From: Psammoneis japonica
Taxonomy: Eukaryota
Direction of reading: 5' to 3'
DNA: 64,000 bases
NCBI GenBank assembly: GCA_008632985.1
Contig: QPGO01000082.1
Span: forward strand, 62,001 to 126,000
Numbering within the stretch: position 1 is the first letter of the stretch; each line of letters opens with the position of its first letter. The notes beneath the pieces are model-generated. The model saw only the letters and a program-made list of their open reading frames with translations. It did not search any database and was not told where the DNA came from. The translations under genes and the position numbers were made by a program. This document shows, one piece after another, positions 1 through 12,559 of this stretch.

Positions 1-489
1 AACTCGTCGGAACGATCTCGATGAAGAATAAGGTAGAAGACAACTGAACGTCGCGCCGGCTCATCACATCCACGCTCCACAGTGGGTATCCATACCGGGA
101 GGAGTCGCCGTGCCCGTATCCATCCCAGCAGCGAGACGCGTCCTCATGGTCGGATGATGATGGAAGTTCTTTTTCAGGATGTCCAAAGTCAATCTGGTAA
201 TATTCATGGAACAAACGTGACAGACTTGCGACGACTCCACGTTATAGGAATTCAATGCCTTCACGTCGGTCCATCCAAGAATGTCCTTACTCCAGGGTTT
301 GAGCGACGAAGGATACGCATGGACCCTTTGAAACCCAAGACACTCGCCATGGTACTGAACGGAATAATGCGATATCTGACGTGCTCATGTATCAATTCTC
401 ATTGTTGAATCGCCCATCAAGGTCAATTTGCGTGCGTCTCACGCTGAACAAAGAAGACACTTGATCATAGGATCGACGTCGCAGAAACT

Positions 490-1020
490 CGTACCCGAAT
501 TGGCTTTCCAAATAGCAATCAAGCCCCACCAACACTGGCTGGAGTGTACTCAACTCGAACGACAGTAGTGACACCATCTTCCATCACAAAGCCCATCATT
601 TTTGCTGCAAATCGTATTTTGGCACCAGGCTGCCGTGTTTCGCCGCGCAGCAACCGAACACGATTTTCAGTACCCAAATGCGGAGAGCCGTCCACAAGTA
701 TTCTCTCAGGCGTCCCATGCTTGCTAAGTGTCTGCAAGACATGTCGTAAATTGTGCGAGGTTGCGTCCAATGTGTGTCGTGAGCTTTCGATCACTGCACG
801 TTCCGGCGCCACAAACAATATTTGGAATCCTTGTTCAAGAAACGTCTGCGCACGAGAGTTTCGAAATTCAATATCCTTTCCTCGTGCTTCAATTGGATGA
901 CCACGTTCAAGCAGTATAGGCAAACAGGCGCCTAATACTGCCAATTATTGTAGCCCACAAATAACCTCGCAGGTCCAGCTCCAACAATCACTACACGGGG
1001 CTCGTCTGATTCTGACGTAC
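490..1020 (-). pseudogene. Fragment of FAD/NAD(P)-dependent dehydrogenase gene (copy 1, TpA intact)
   Basis: Minus strand reads PRVVIVGAGPA, then after a frameshift PILLERGHPIEARGKDI...GSPHLGTEN. Truncated and frameshifted. Aligns by eye with 4730-5290. Confidence 0.7.
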
Positions 1021-1391
1021 GGTTGTTTTCAAACAACCTAGCCATCCATGTCGTAAGAGTAGAGACGGTTCCCCTGCTTATACGGTAAGTACAAAGACAA
1101 GAGTCAGATTCGGTCGCTTATGAGGTATTGTGAGAATGAAATGCATTATGATGAATTACATACCTTTGTATCAAACTGGAGGGATGTACAAGACAAGGCA
1201 AACAATAGTGGAGCCTGCTCAAGCACAAAAGTGTCACTGTCAAGCTCAAGAGTGGATAGGATACGGGTGGCTCTGAAAGAACAGATTATGGCAAAAGTTG
1301 GACAAGGTGACAGGCAAGTGCGGAATGCTCTCCTCGACCCAACTGCTTAACACTGACTCTCCCTCTCAATTCCAATAGTCCAACATGTCCC

Positions 1392-2060
1392 TCACAATTC
1401 CTCCACCACTCTCTCAATAGCGAACGGCAGCATAGTGTAATGCGTTCCGAACAACCAGCCACCTCTGGCCTCGGCCATTTTGACTACGCCGCACATGATA
1501 AGCAGCGTATCGGACGTCACTTTCTTAATCGCCAATGCAACCATTTGAGGCAAATCCGTAGCCCTCAAACACAACTTGGTCAGGCAGGAAGCTAGAATGG
1601 TTCAAAAGAAGACGTTGCCACCAATCATCATCATGCGCAAATGATAAGCATTATCCGACTCGTCCGAAAGAACGGCTTCGGAGTAGACAGTTTGGGTTGC
1701 ATAAGTAACGTCGGCCGACACAACGTTCTTTTTGGGAGCCTCTCCTTCTTCGTGCTTCTCTTCATGATTCTCTTCCTTGGCAATCAAGAATGGGGTCGGA
1801 CCTAACTGATCGAAAATAGTTTCAAAGGCCTCCATGTCGGTTTCCTCCGTATCCGAGTGTAGTCTATGTATTCACCCAAGATCCAGAGACATACGTGCAT
1901 TATGCTGCTGGAAGAAATGTCCTCGACGAAGCCCAACAACTTGGGCGAGATAGATCCTTGCAGTGCGGGGTACTGTTCCACAATGGCTCCGACAAAAAGA
2001 GCAACCTGCATAGCACCATCCGCGCCTAAAAAGTCCAGGATGTTCCGGTAGTCCGTCGTT
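1392..2060 (-). pseudogene. COPB1: Coatomer subunit beta (beta-COP) internal fragment
   Basis: Motifs DFLG...VCLWILGEY and ADVTYATQT...LRMMMIGGNVFF match beta-COP (LWILGEY, DGTYATQS, GDFF). Spread over three broken frames with no N- or C-terminus. Confidence 0.7.
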
Positions 2061-2567
2061 GGATTCAATTTGCAAACAAACACAATATTCTCAGGAGCTC
2101 TGACATCTATAAAACGAAACACAGTGCATATAAGAGAACAAGAAGCAATGTGGTCGAACGCTTCCAGCTTGCAAGTGCTTGCTCACCGGCATATGGCAAT
2201 TCCCCCAGCACTTACAAAACGACGGCACGCGATTTGTCTTCTCGTTTGTGAATCTCTTCTTCTCACTGTCCAGCCTTTTTCGTGCGTTTCATCTACCTCT
2301 TACTCTTCTTCCACTTCGTTTGCTTGATTGCGGTGCTCAACGAAAGTAGCCCAGGTCACTTTCTGCAATTTCCATTTCAGCGTCACTGTTTTTCATCTTC
2401 AGCTTTCCCACACATTCAACATGCGGCAACAATACCTTTTCCAGTGTTTCTTAACCATGTCGGCGGGAGACTCTCCATCCGCAAAGAGCCCTGGATTCGC
2501 CCGTCGTAATCTGACGGTCTCCAATGACATCTATATGAAAGCCAGAAATGCAAACGTGAAACTCATC

Positions 2568-3024
2568 TTAAAAAAATGTAATAACCTCTAATCCATGTTC
2601 TGCCTGAAGCTCATAGCAGCAGTAGATTAGTCGCACGCTTTTAAAGAAGGAACAAGGGCTAAGAGACGAGAGACGAAACATTGTACATATCAATACGCCA
2701 ATCAATCCAAACAAACAAGAAGACAGTTCGAAGACACCTACGTTCCAAATGTCTTTGGTGGGTAGGACGTAGAGATCGAGGCCTGGAGTGTTCTTCCGTA
2801 AACCGCAACCAACAGTGTACCAAAAGTTGGCCATTCTCCAGGGCAATAAGACTCTCACCATGTACGTGAACAAACCAGTAAGCACTTGAATAGACCAATT
2901 GTAACCAAAGCTCTCGAGGTTCACAATCCGTACAAGGCTCACACATTACCACCCCACGAGCAACAAGAAAGAGAATGCAACATTGGTAATCACCAAAAAA
3001 GCGCAACTTAAAAGAAATGGCCAT
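2568..3024 (-). pseudogene. Broken fragment of an unidentified membrane-protein gene
   Basis: Two overlapping hydrophobic ORFs in different frames (WSIQVLTGLFTY...LPWRMAN...GLDLY). Family not recognised. Confidence 0.3.
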
Positions 3025-4279
3025 CGATCAATCGGAGAATATAGTCCCGTCGCGGTGGATCTATAGCTCGAATGCGAGCAGATCGCGATTGCGTCAGCTC
3101 CGGATCCGCTGACGACGGCGACTCGACAAATATATCTACTTCACTCTGCATTCTTCTCAGTTGACTCTTACTCTAGAGAGTCTCGATTTCTTCTTCTCTT
3201 CAGATAAATATTCCGTTTTTCTATCTTCAATCTGTGTTCACTTGGACCTTCATCATCATCTGATTCTCTGCTCTTCAACATCAAATTTGCTGTGGGGTGG
3301 GGGTGGGGGACGATGGCGATTTTCAAATTTGGATTTCCGAAATTTGAAGATTTTTCGTCAGTCAGTCGCTCGGCAAGTCTTTTGCATTTTCGACGGTTAC
3401 CGTAAAGTGTACGTAGGAATTAGTAATAATTTGGAAAGTACCGAGTTCCCACGAATCTTTTACATACGAAATCATGGTAGTAATTCTACAAAGATACACA
3501 CAAAATGACATAGTGATTGAGAAATTTAGCAACGGTCACGAAACAAACAAATCTCTGTCTCGGAAATTCTTTCGTTTCGATCACAACTCGTCGTCTCGCA
3601 CCATGTGCTTGTTGTTTGCCAAGCCGGAATGCCGCTGTCGCCAAGGATGGCTCGCCCTTCCTCTGGATTGAGACCTTGCATTCGTTTGGCATTCCACAAC
3701 TCATTTGGCTTGATGGCGTGTTGTCTCTGGGTGGCGCAGGTGTTGCCAGTTAAGTCCGGAGGTCGGGGCAAATCGAATGCGTCTCTCCGGCCTTGAGTCC
3801 ATGTCACTCTCGTGTCTTTGAGCACAGGAAGTTGCCTGTTCGCTTGACCCATCAGGTCACGGCTGTTGAAACAGGCAGCAGCGTTCGTCTGTGAAGCAGC
3901 AAAAGCTCGCCGAGCAGATCACACTGTTGACGGAACACAGGTTTGGGGTTCTGTCGCATCATTGACATGATGCGGTGAGTCTTCACTCGCAGGGAGTGTT
4001 GATTTAGAATGCGGTTGACTCGCAAGTTTTCTTGTTGTCTCCGCAGTGCGTCCCCCCTTTTGCTTTTTTTTGAGTGACACTTTTCTCTCTGAAGATGCGC
4101 AAAAGCTTGAGCGCCATCTTTTGATGGAGCTCTTGAGGCAACGTCGCCCTGCGCAACCGATTTCTGTGTCAACTTTTGATGTTGGTGTGTCTCAATTTCA
4201 TTGAAACACTCTTTGAACCTTTACAATGGAAGTGGAAAAACTAAAAGCACCAGATGGCATTCCTCACTTGCATGCAAGT

Positions 4280-4720
4280 TGTTCCGCACACATGTCAACA
4301 GACTGCAATGACGGTCACAGCGCTTGCGATGTCGTTGCACATTGTGTTGTCGTTGTTTCACAGGATTGAAAGGTGTGAGTCGAGAACATCTGTTTCGAAG
4401 CCATTCCCTCCCATGCAAGTTCACACTTGTTGTCCGGATTAAACTTGCGACTGGCCGTTTCGCCATCTTCATTGTCTTCGGCTTGTTCCTCCAGCTCTTC
4501 GAGCCCTTCTCCAGTCCAATTCACGGATCATCATGAGTCGAGCATGACGCTTGATCGCTTTGGGCCCGCCCTCGCAGATGACACACGCCAGGCAGTGACG
4601 GGCTTTTGCACTCCAAGACACCACCCGTGATGTAGTTTTGCTGCGCTTTCAAACCAACCTTGGTCCGATGGCATGCATTGACGTCGCAAAAACTTGCACA
4701 GAAACAAGTCCATTCTATTC
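4280..4720 (-). pseudogene. PRPF3: U4/U6 snRNP protein Prp3 C-terminal fragment
   Basis: HRTKVGLKAQQNYITGGVL...CEGGPKAIKRHARLMMIR/NWTGE...NKCELAWEG match the Prp3 C-terminus (AQQ.Y.TG, EGGPKA.K.Y..LM..RI.W, NKC.LVWEG). Frameshifted, with conserved Y->H. Confidence 0.75.
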
Positions 4721-4729
4721 CCTTGTGAT

Positions 4730-5290
4730 TTCGTTGTCCAAAGGGCAATCAAGCCCCACCAATGCTTGCTGGAGTGCACTCAACTTGAACGCCAGCAGTG
4801 ACACATCGCCTTCCATCACAAATCCCATCATTTCTACTCCCACTCACATTTTGGCACCAAAGCTGTCGTAAATCTTGTCTTGCATTTTGCAGCAACCGAA
4901 AACAAGATCATCAGCACCCAAAAAATGCGGAGCGCCATCCACAAGTGTTCTCTGAGGCACCCGACACTTGATCAGCGTCGCCAGGACACAACCAAATCGT
5001 CCGAGTTGCGTTCAATCCGTGTCGTGAGCTTTCGATCACTCCACGTTCCAGCGCCACAAACAAAAGTTGGAATCCTTGTTCAAGAAACGTCCGCGCACAA
5101 GAGCTCCAACATTCAACATCCTTTCCTCGCGCTTCGTCTGGCTGACCACATTCAAGTGGTGCAGGCAAACAGGTGCCTGACACTGCCAATTGTAGAACAC
5201 AAAACAACCCCGCAGGTCCAGCTCCCACAATCACGACGCGGGGCTTGCCTGATGATTCTGTCATGCGGTTGTTTTCAATGCCCGCCTTTG
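4730..5290 (-). pseudogene. FAD/NAD(P)-dependent dehydrogenase fragment (copy 2, TpA-mutated)
   Basis: KPRVVIVGAGPAGLFCVLQLA. Collinear with 490-1020. Confidence 0.75.
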
Positions 5291-5899
5291 AGAGATTTTT
5301 GTTCTTAACATTTTCATCCAACTCCAATCGCCCCGGTTGATGGCACATTTTGAGTTTCTTGGCAACAGATGGCAACATGTTTACGTCCATAACGTGAGAA
5401 CATCCTTGACAGCACATTCTCCACAGATTGCGTCTGAGATTGAGTCGCTTGGAAAGAGCTGTCAAGACTGGGATGTAGAATGTTCTTTTCCCACTCCCAA
5501 CTGGTGTGTGTGTGTTGGGGTGTTGGATCCGTGGGAGGGTGTTGCATGCAGCATGAAGAGACGCATGACCTCCACCGGAAGATCAACCCACTTTTCTACA
5601 ACAGCAAGACGAGCTTTGCAAGTGGTGTCAGTGAACACAACTTGGCTTTGTCACTTTGGCACTGCCCATGCTGATCTTACAATGCACTGGAAGGCGGCAG
5701 CATCCGGCTCCGCCACTGCATGTGCTGGTTCTGCATCGACTGTTTTTGACATTGAGAGAGAAGTGCGTGAGAAATTCAGCAAAACACACCGCAGCCATAG
5801 ACAACTTCGGAACGTAGACTACCTTGAACGCTCTTGATGCTTTCCTGCAACTTGGAAAGCAACTTTTAAAGGCATGTCACGTCGGGCTCATCACTGACA

Positions 5900-7575
5900 T
5901 GCTCTCGGAAGTGACTCCTGGCTGGTGTGTTGAACTTTTGGCAAGCTGCAACCATGCATGCGGAATGTGCGTGCTTGATGTGGACCAACCATGGCATGTA
6001 CTTGACAAACAATTGGATCTTCCCCCCTTTACATCCTTGATGGCAAAGCCCCTAGATCGGCAATTTTCGCTCGCAACGAATCCGCCAGCTCACTGACCAT
6101 GGCCCGATGCCACCATCTCTGCCTCTGCATCCTCATTTTCCTTGTCTGCCAGAGGAACTTGAAGAAAGAGATTAAAAACCTTGTCCATTTGGTCCACGGC
6201 ATCCTTGACGGCTTTCAAGCAGACCAAATCTAACGGAGTTGCGTCACCCCCTGTCTTTTGCTTTCTTGACGCGTTTGCATTCATTCTTGGCAGCCTTGGC
6301 ACAGGCAAAGAGAGAAGCTGCCACACGTGGCATGCTCAAATCATTCACCCAGGTGGCTTTTAAATTGCAATCTCTGCAGGAACCAACTGCCAGGCAATCT
6401 CACTGTCCTTGTCAATCACACCACTAGAATCCTCCAACGTCTTGTCGGTTTGTGCAAATCTTGTCCATGGTTTGAGCTCTCCTTGGCAGCTCTCATGGCC
6501 TTTAGAGCACAACTGAGTGGATTTCTAAACTGTGAGCCTGCCACCAAGCAATGACAAGCATGGCCTTTTGTTTTGGTTCAAGACACGCCGCTCGCAAGGT
6601 CAGAAAGTTGAGGCTGAGAGCCGAGACTCTTCAACATTTTCTCATCGTTGACATTGAGAAAGCGATTGCGGATCCAGGAGTTGCAAAAGACCCTTGTCGG
6701 TGGCTCCCTGGGATTGAGCAATTTCATTCTCGTGAAGGGGAAGGTCGAATTCATTCCAAAGCAATGCACGTCGATGGTGTCACCCAAGCACTTGCGAGCC
6801 ACAGCGGAGCATTCCCGATGCCTTCCTGGCCTTCCCTCTCCCAACTCCTTTCCATCCCACGTGGCATCTTGTTCCAAATCAATGCCGGGTTTAGAAGCTT
6901 TCAATGGACAAAAGTCATTGTCATCCACTGGGCCTCTTTTTTGTCCACTGAAGAATGCCGCGATCCTCGTCAGTTTGACAGGCAAGTCTCTTGGTTCTCA
7001 GCGTGAGCACCAACTCGACAATTTCAAGCATTCTGTTGCACGGGGGTCACTTGGACCACCGGCCAATGTTGAGCGCGTCTTTCTCGTAATGGCACACAGA
7101 TCCATGTTCATGTCCTGACACTTCTCAGCAATCTTGTCATCCACGTCGCTTAGTTGCGAATGTCTCTACCGAGTGTCCCAGCATCCAAGATGTGGCAAGA
7201 CATGTTTGAGGACATCGCAATGCACGAGAGTTTGCAACGTGCACACTGTCTTAGATGGCAGGACCGCAGTGCAGCTGCTGACTGACTTTCTTTTTGAGCT
7301 TTTGAAAGGGTTCCTTTTGACGTGTTTTGAATTGTAGAGAAAAAATCGTTTTGTGAAATGGCGTGGAGTGAAGCAAGATGAAGATGTTTGATGCGGTGTC
7401 GTTTTCCATGCAATCCCATGTTTCTTTGAAAGGGCATGCAAGCAGCGGGCGACCACGCATCGATGGGAGAGGTGCCAAAGACAACAAAAAAGGCAGCGGC
7501 AAGGGACAAGCGTGACCATGGTGAACATTGCGAAATTGTGGAAGAAGGTTTGTGCGCGCACGACGATTCACTCAC
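5900..7575 (-). pseudogene. Degenerate gene-like sequence with signal-peptide-like N-terminus
   Basis: ORF at 7575 has a hydrophobic stretch (LSLAAAFFVVFG...DAW) followed by broken frames. Family not recognised. Confidence 0.3.
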
Positions 7576-10500
7576 TCACGCGCGCATTTTGGGCCATTTG
7601 GTGACGCACAGATCACAGACCAACATCGAAATGCAATGGATGGATGGACGGCCGGAGCGGATGGACCGGACGACACACGCCGCAGTCAGCCAATCCAAAG
7701 CAGCACTGGGACAGAGTGTCTTCCCATGAACCATTTGGAGCCAAAATGACCCATTGGCACGTGTTTCTGTTGATGTCATTTTGAGGTGAGGCCAATGCCG
7801 CTTCTTGCCGGTGTTGTTGCGGGACATGCTTGGCAGAGAGCATGGTCTCTCCTGCCTGTGTGGCTGCATGCCAGCAACCCAGGCAACACTCCCACTCTCC
7901 ACCGCAGCAAAGAAGCACCCAAAATTTAAAAAGGGGTTTTCCTTGATGTCATCTTCTAAAATTTGAGCACAATCAATGTGGTGCATGTGGGACATTTGAA
8001 GACATCAAACACACACCTTTTTCATCAAGCTGAGTGGCAAAATTCTTCCCCAATGGACAAAAGAAAGATGATGAGAGAGCTGTGTCTGACTCTTTCTAGG
8101 TGTTGTTTGTGTGCATTTGTTTTCAACTCACAACACTTGTGACTGGACATCATGCATGTTCTGACATTGTGGGGCTCCCTGATGAGGCCTCCCTTTTTTC
8201 AGTGTTTTTCTGTTGTTGCGTGTTGTGCCCAGCAGAGCACACCATCGCCCTTGCTTCTTCTGCACCACCACCTCATTTGTGTTGTTTTCTTGGAATGGTG
8301 CCGCAATTGTCTGAAAAATCTGCACAAGGGACGGGGCAGTCAGAAAACCTTGCACATCTGCACTGCATGTGTGTGGCACCCAACTCTGACACCAGAAGCC
8401 TTCTTTGTCACCTTGCTGCCAACTGTTGCACGTGGTGCTGGCACAGACTGAGTCTTTTTGCATTGCATGTGGATGGGACCCAGATCTGACAGAAGCCTTC
8501 TTTGTCACCTTACCAGCAACTCTGAAAATTGGCCACAAGCATTTTGTGGTCAATTGAACAAAGTGCAAAATGGCTTGCATTTGCACACAAACAAGAACGC
8601 CAGCGATGGGGTCTGGTCATTGTTGCTTGTGTGCATGTCAGAGGCAGGACAAATTGAGATGCACCACCCAACAAAGCACAAAATCATTTGCTTGCACTTC
8701 CCTTGCATGGAATGAAAAAGTGGCCAGTTTGTTTTTGTGGCCAATTTTCCTTGTCACTGGCTTGCTGCCAACTGTGGCATGCATTGCTGGTGCAGACAAA
8801 GCCTGCCAGCTGCCTGTGGTCAATGCTGTTTTGTTGGTGCTCCAAAAGAAAGGCCAAGCTTTGTTTTCTTGAAGCACCAGGCCATTGTCCTCAACAGCTG
8901 GTCCTTCATCTTTTCATCTTGCTGTGTGTCTGTTGCTTTGTCACACCACACCCCACAACCACCAACACCAACACCTGTCTCTTCTGTGGTGTGTGACAGT
9001 CCAAAATGCCTGCACTCCTGAGCCACTTTTTCCTTTTTGCAGCATTGCCCAGCACCTCAAAAGCACACATGCTCTGTCAACAGTTGAAAGCCATTGCCTC
9101 CAAATGGATGCAGCCCGTCCTGGTGATGTGGGTCCTGGCAACAATGAGTTCATCCCTCCTCTTTTGACAAGCCTCCACAGCAGCCCAGTTGCTGGACCCA
9201 GCATGCACACGCCTTTTGTCAGACAGTCCAGCCCCACTCGCTCATTTGTTTCCAGGGAAAGCCACTGTTCAACCTCATCCACAGTTTTCTTGTTCTCCCT
9301 TCTGATGATGGCATGTCTGCCCTTGGAGAGGGTGTCCCTGTGCCAGACATTCCAACAAGATTGTGCGGTGGAGATGTTGGCAACACCACTTTGTTGCTCC
9401 AGCATCTCAGCTGCTTCATGCCCTGTTGCTGACTCCACTCCTCTTCACTTTCTTTTTCTGATGACTTGAAATCCTGCTCTTGACTTGGGTGCACCTCTGC
9501 TTGGTCTTGCACAAAACTTGCATCCCAGCACAAATTTTTGCAATTCCTCCCACATGCTTGCCCAGCACCGGGCTGATTGTTTGTCCCTTCTGCGTGCATG
9601 TGCCAACACAGGATCCACTCTGACTTTTCTTGGGTCTACATTGCTGTCTCCACAGAGTCCCTGCCCTTGTCTCTACATGTGTTTTGCAGTTGATGTCATC
9701 AGGCAGGTGTGCTGACCACATGCTCATGCAATGACTGCCTTGTTGATGTCTGCATGAGTGTGACATCACCATCTCAGAAGCATTTTCAGCAGCCCACCCC
9801 ACTCTAGATCTTTTTTTGAATCTGTGTGTGCTTCAAAGCTCTGCACAGCAGCCAACCTGCTGCTGAATTTTTGCACACTTGTGCATCTCCTTGCAAAGTG
9901 GGTGCATCTTTTTTCCCCCACAGGAGGCTCCAATTGTCTCTAAGATGCCTGTGAAAACATCACGTTCAGATCTCCACAGGGTTGCCCAAATCACTTGGAT
10001 TCTTGCCAAGCTTTTCCAAGTCCTTTTGACACTCTGTCATGGCAGAGAGGAGCTGCTGGATGCCTCATGTGCGTGTTTGTTGTGTGGTGTCATGATGGGT
10101 TTCCCATGGCCATTTTTCTCCTTGGTTTGACACCAAAATGGTGTGAAAATGACAAGGCCACAAGCAACGTTCAAGCATGTGCAAGGGAAACGGATTGATG
10201 TCTAACTTTGCTGGGTGGTCGTGACTTTGTTGTGGCAATGTCCTTGGACCAACAATTCACCATGCTGCTTCCATTTCCTTCTGGTCTGGGAGCATCATGT
10301 TTCCCTTCACCCAACAACAGCGCCTCCCTTCCTTTGGACAAAAAGACAGAGCTGTCGCATGCAACAAGTGCCATGTGTTGGCGTCATTCTCTCCTGTGGT
10401 TTCGCGCAGAATTGCATTGTGCATTCCAGCTCGTTGACTGGAGTCGTCGCGTCGTTTGTTCCGGGGCACTGTAGAAGAGAAAAAACAAGAAAGAACTGCC

Positions 10501-10649
10501 ATCAATGTTTTCTCGGATAGTGCGTTGCGCTAGTTTTCGTGAGCAGGTTTGCAGTGCAAGCAGAACCGCCACGCAGTCTCTAGTCTAGCTAGAGTGTATA
10601 TGGGCAAGTCTGAAGAAATAAAATTTATATCGTACATAGTATTTCATTT

Positions 10650-12236
10650 TTAAATAGAAACAAGAGTCGTTCTGTGGCTGCTGCGCTTGCGATGATGCTT
10701 GGGAACAAAGCATTCTAGCGCTCGAAAGTGTCGCTTTGATCTCGAGGGTACTTGTTGTTGTTCTGCAGCAACAAGACTCCCTAGAGACTCCTTGACAATG
10801 TCTTGGTGATGCTTGACAAAGGGCTGCAAGTCGAATTGAAAAGGCCGATCACCAAAGTTGCAAGACACGGGATGATTTGTATCCACTCCAACGGTTGGAT
10901 ACAATCCATCATAGGGCAAAAAGCTCAAGTCCAAACCAGTCCAACCATAACCCAGAAACTTGCCATTGAGGGTAAAAAAGATGCCGCTGCAGACGTAATC
11001 GACACCACACCCCACGACGTCGCCCACTCCAAATTTGGGTCCAAAATGCTTGTAGGCCGTGCCCGAACCGTGAAAAATGCCACCGTCGTCGCCGTGATAA
11101 CCATACGAGTATCGGTCCCATCCCGGTAGGCGTGAACGAAACTTGAACCCATTGACCGACAAGCCAATCGCGACACAGTCCGTTGCCGAGGTGGAAGAAT
11201 CATCATGATTGCTGCCATGATTTAGAGGCGACGGTTCTTGGGATTCGTCGCGGCTCAAAATGGAAACTTCAAAATACGACACGAGACGCGGTGTCAAGTG
11301 TACCTTGTCATCACAATCTGGAGTCATGTAGGGAGCCACAAAGGGTTGAGAATAAGGAGACGGTTTCGATGACGACGACTTGTTGTTGTGCCTTTGTTGA
11401 AGCCAGTGGCGGAGACTTCGTCGATGGGTTGTTTCGGCAACTCCTGATGGAAAGATGGGAGGTTCCGACGTGGAACGTTTATGGTAAAAACGTTGATTGG
11501 ATGAAAGTCCTCCACGAGGCCTGGGGAGTGGATCATCGGCCCGAATCGATCGATTTTCTGTTCCAACCTGGCCCATAAATTGAACCACAGGCACTCCATC
11601 CTGCGTGAATTCCCGAAGTACGGGACTGTGTCTAGATTCCTGTGATCGTCTTGGATCACTCACCAACGTCTTGTCGTTGATACAGGAGGGATGTGACCAA
11701 CTCGCCATGGCCAATAGCACAGAGAGATTGGGTCTCGAGGATGAATGTGAAGAACTGAGAGCTGTCGGTAGGTGCATGTCGTTGGAAAACGTGAGTTTCT
11801 GCGCAGAAGTACTTGACAGCACGGGCCACTGAGCACGGCACCACTGTGTCCATACGTAGAGAGCGTCCTTGGAGAGTAACAATCGACGAAGCCTATGACA
11901 TGTCACCAGTACGGATCGAGCTTCGGAGGGCTTGAGGTACGTTAGAATGTTCAACTGAACGTCAGGGCACAAGTCACAGATGCCGAGCGAACCGCTCTTG
12001 CTCGATGAAGGAGCGAGTGCCTGCAGAGACAGCAGAGAATGCGGCGGAGTCGATGACGAGTCCTCTGTATCGCTCGTATCATAGTTGACACCGCTGGTGG
12101 AACTCGTTTCGGATGCAGTCCCATCTTCCCATGACGGTTTCGGCACTTGCATCGGATGTTTGTATGGATACGTCTTGTTTGGTGACATGCCCATGATGGG
12201 AGTCACTGCAATCTCTTTGTATTCACAAGGAGGCAT
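10650..12236 (-). CDS. F-box-like plus SPRY (RanBP9/10-type) domain protein
   Basis: 528-aa intact ORF. LCPDVQLNILTYL is F-box-like. YFEVSI, LPGWDRYSYGYHGDDG, FGPKFGVGDVVGCG, IFFTLNGKFLG, LYPTVG and NFGDRPFQFD are SPRY motifs. Confidence 0.9.
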   Translation of the reverse strand: MPPCEYKEIAVTPIMGMSPNKTYPYKHPMQVPKPSWEDGTASETSSTSGVNYDTSDTEDSSSTPPHSLLSLQALAPSSSKSGSLGICDLCPDVQLNILTYLKPSEARSVLVTCHRLRRLLLSKDALYVWTQWCRAQWPVLSSTSAQKLTFSNDMHLPTALSSSHSSSRPNLSVLLAMASWSHPSCINDKTLVSDPRRSQESRHSPVLREFTQDGVPVVQFMGQVGTENRSIRADDPLPRPRGGLSSNQRFYHKRSTSEPPIFPSGVAETTHRRSLRHWLQQRHNNKSSSSKPSPYSQPFVAPYMTPDCDDKVHLTPRLVSYFEVSILSRDESQEPSPLNHGSNHDDSSTSATDCVAIGLSVNGFKFRSRLPGWDRYSYGYHGDDGGIFHGSGTAYKHFGPKFGVGDVVGCGVDYVCSGIFFTLNGKFLGYGWTGLDLSFLPYDGLYPTVGVDTNHPVSCNFGDRPFQFDLQPFVKHHQDIVKESLGSLVAAEQQQVPSRSKRHFRALECFVPKHHRKRSSHRTTLVSI

Positions 12237-12559
12237 TGTACGATGTGATGAGTTCGTTGGGATTTGCGTATGTGTTTGAACGATGTTTGAATGAGTAGTC
12301 GTTTTTTGTGCGAAGAATGCAACGGAGTTCGGGACTGTTCATGGCGGCGGAAGTGCCGAAGACATCACTTCTGCCCGAGCAGCTGTTTGAAATCGGCGAA
12401 CATCGAAAGTGCGTTGAAATCTAAGATGGCCACAAAATGCGAGAATTTTATATAATAGCACGTTCTGTTATTTAACAACTTTCAACGTAAGTTCAACGGA
12501 GCCTCAACGCAAAGAAGGATGATGCTCATCTCTTCTCTGGATGTTTGCTTGCTAGGATG

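Larger units (their letters stand above)
3530..10510. other. TpA-depleted domain 1 (gene fragments plus degenerate repeat DNA)
   Basis: TA dinucleotides are rare and TG/CA abundant. CpG is also nearly absent from about 7.9 to 10.1 kb. Translations in all frames are Cys/His-rich and almost Tyr-free. Confidence 0.85.

Noticed and set aside
3526..3852. Possible RPB5-like fragment
   Set aside because: Resemblance is limited to a few residues, and the conserved LPRI...DP motif is absent.
7576..10572. Many overlapping 60-200 aa Cys/His-rich ORFs (also 12.5-14.5 kb and 41-53 kb) that look like small metal-binding or toxin-like proteins
   Set aside because: They are a by-product of TA loss: TAA/TAG stops vanish and TGY/CAY codons accumulate in all six frames.
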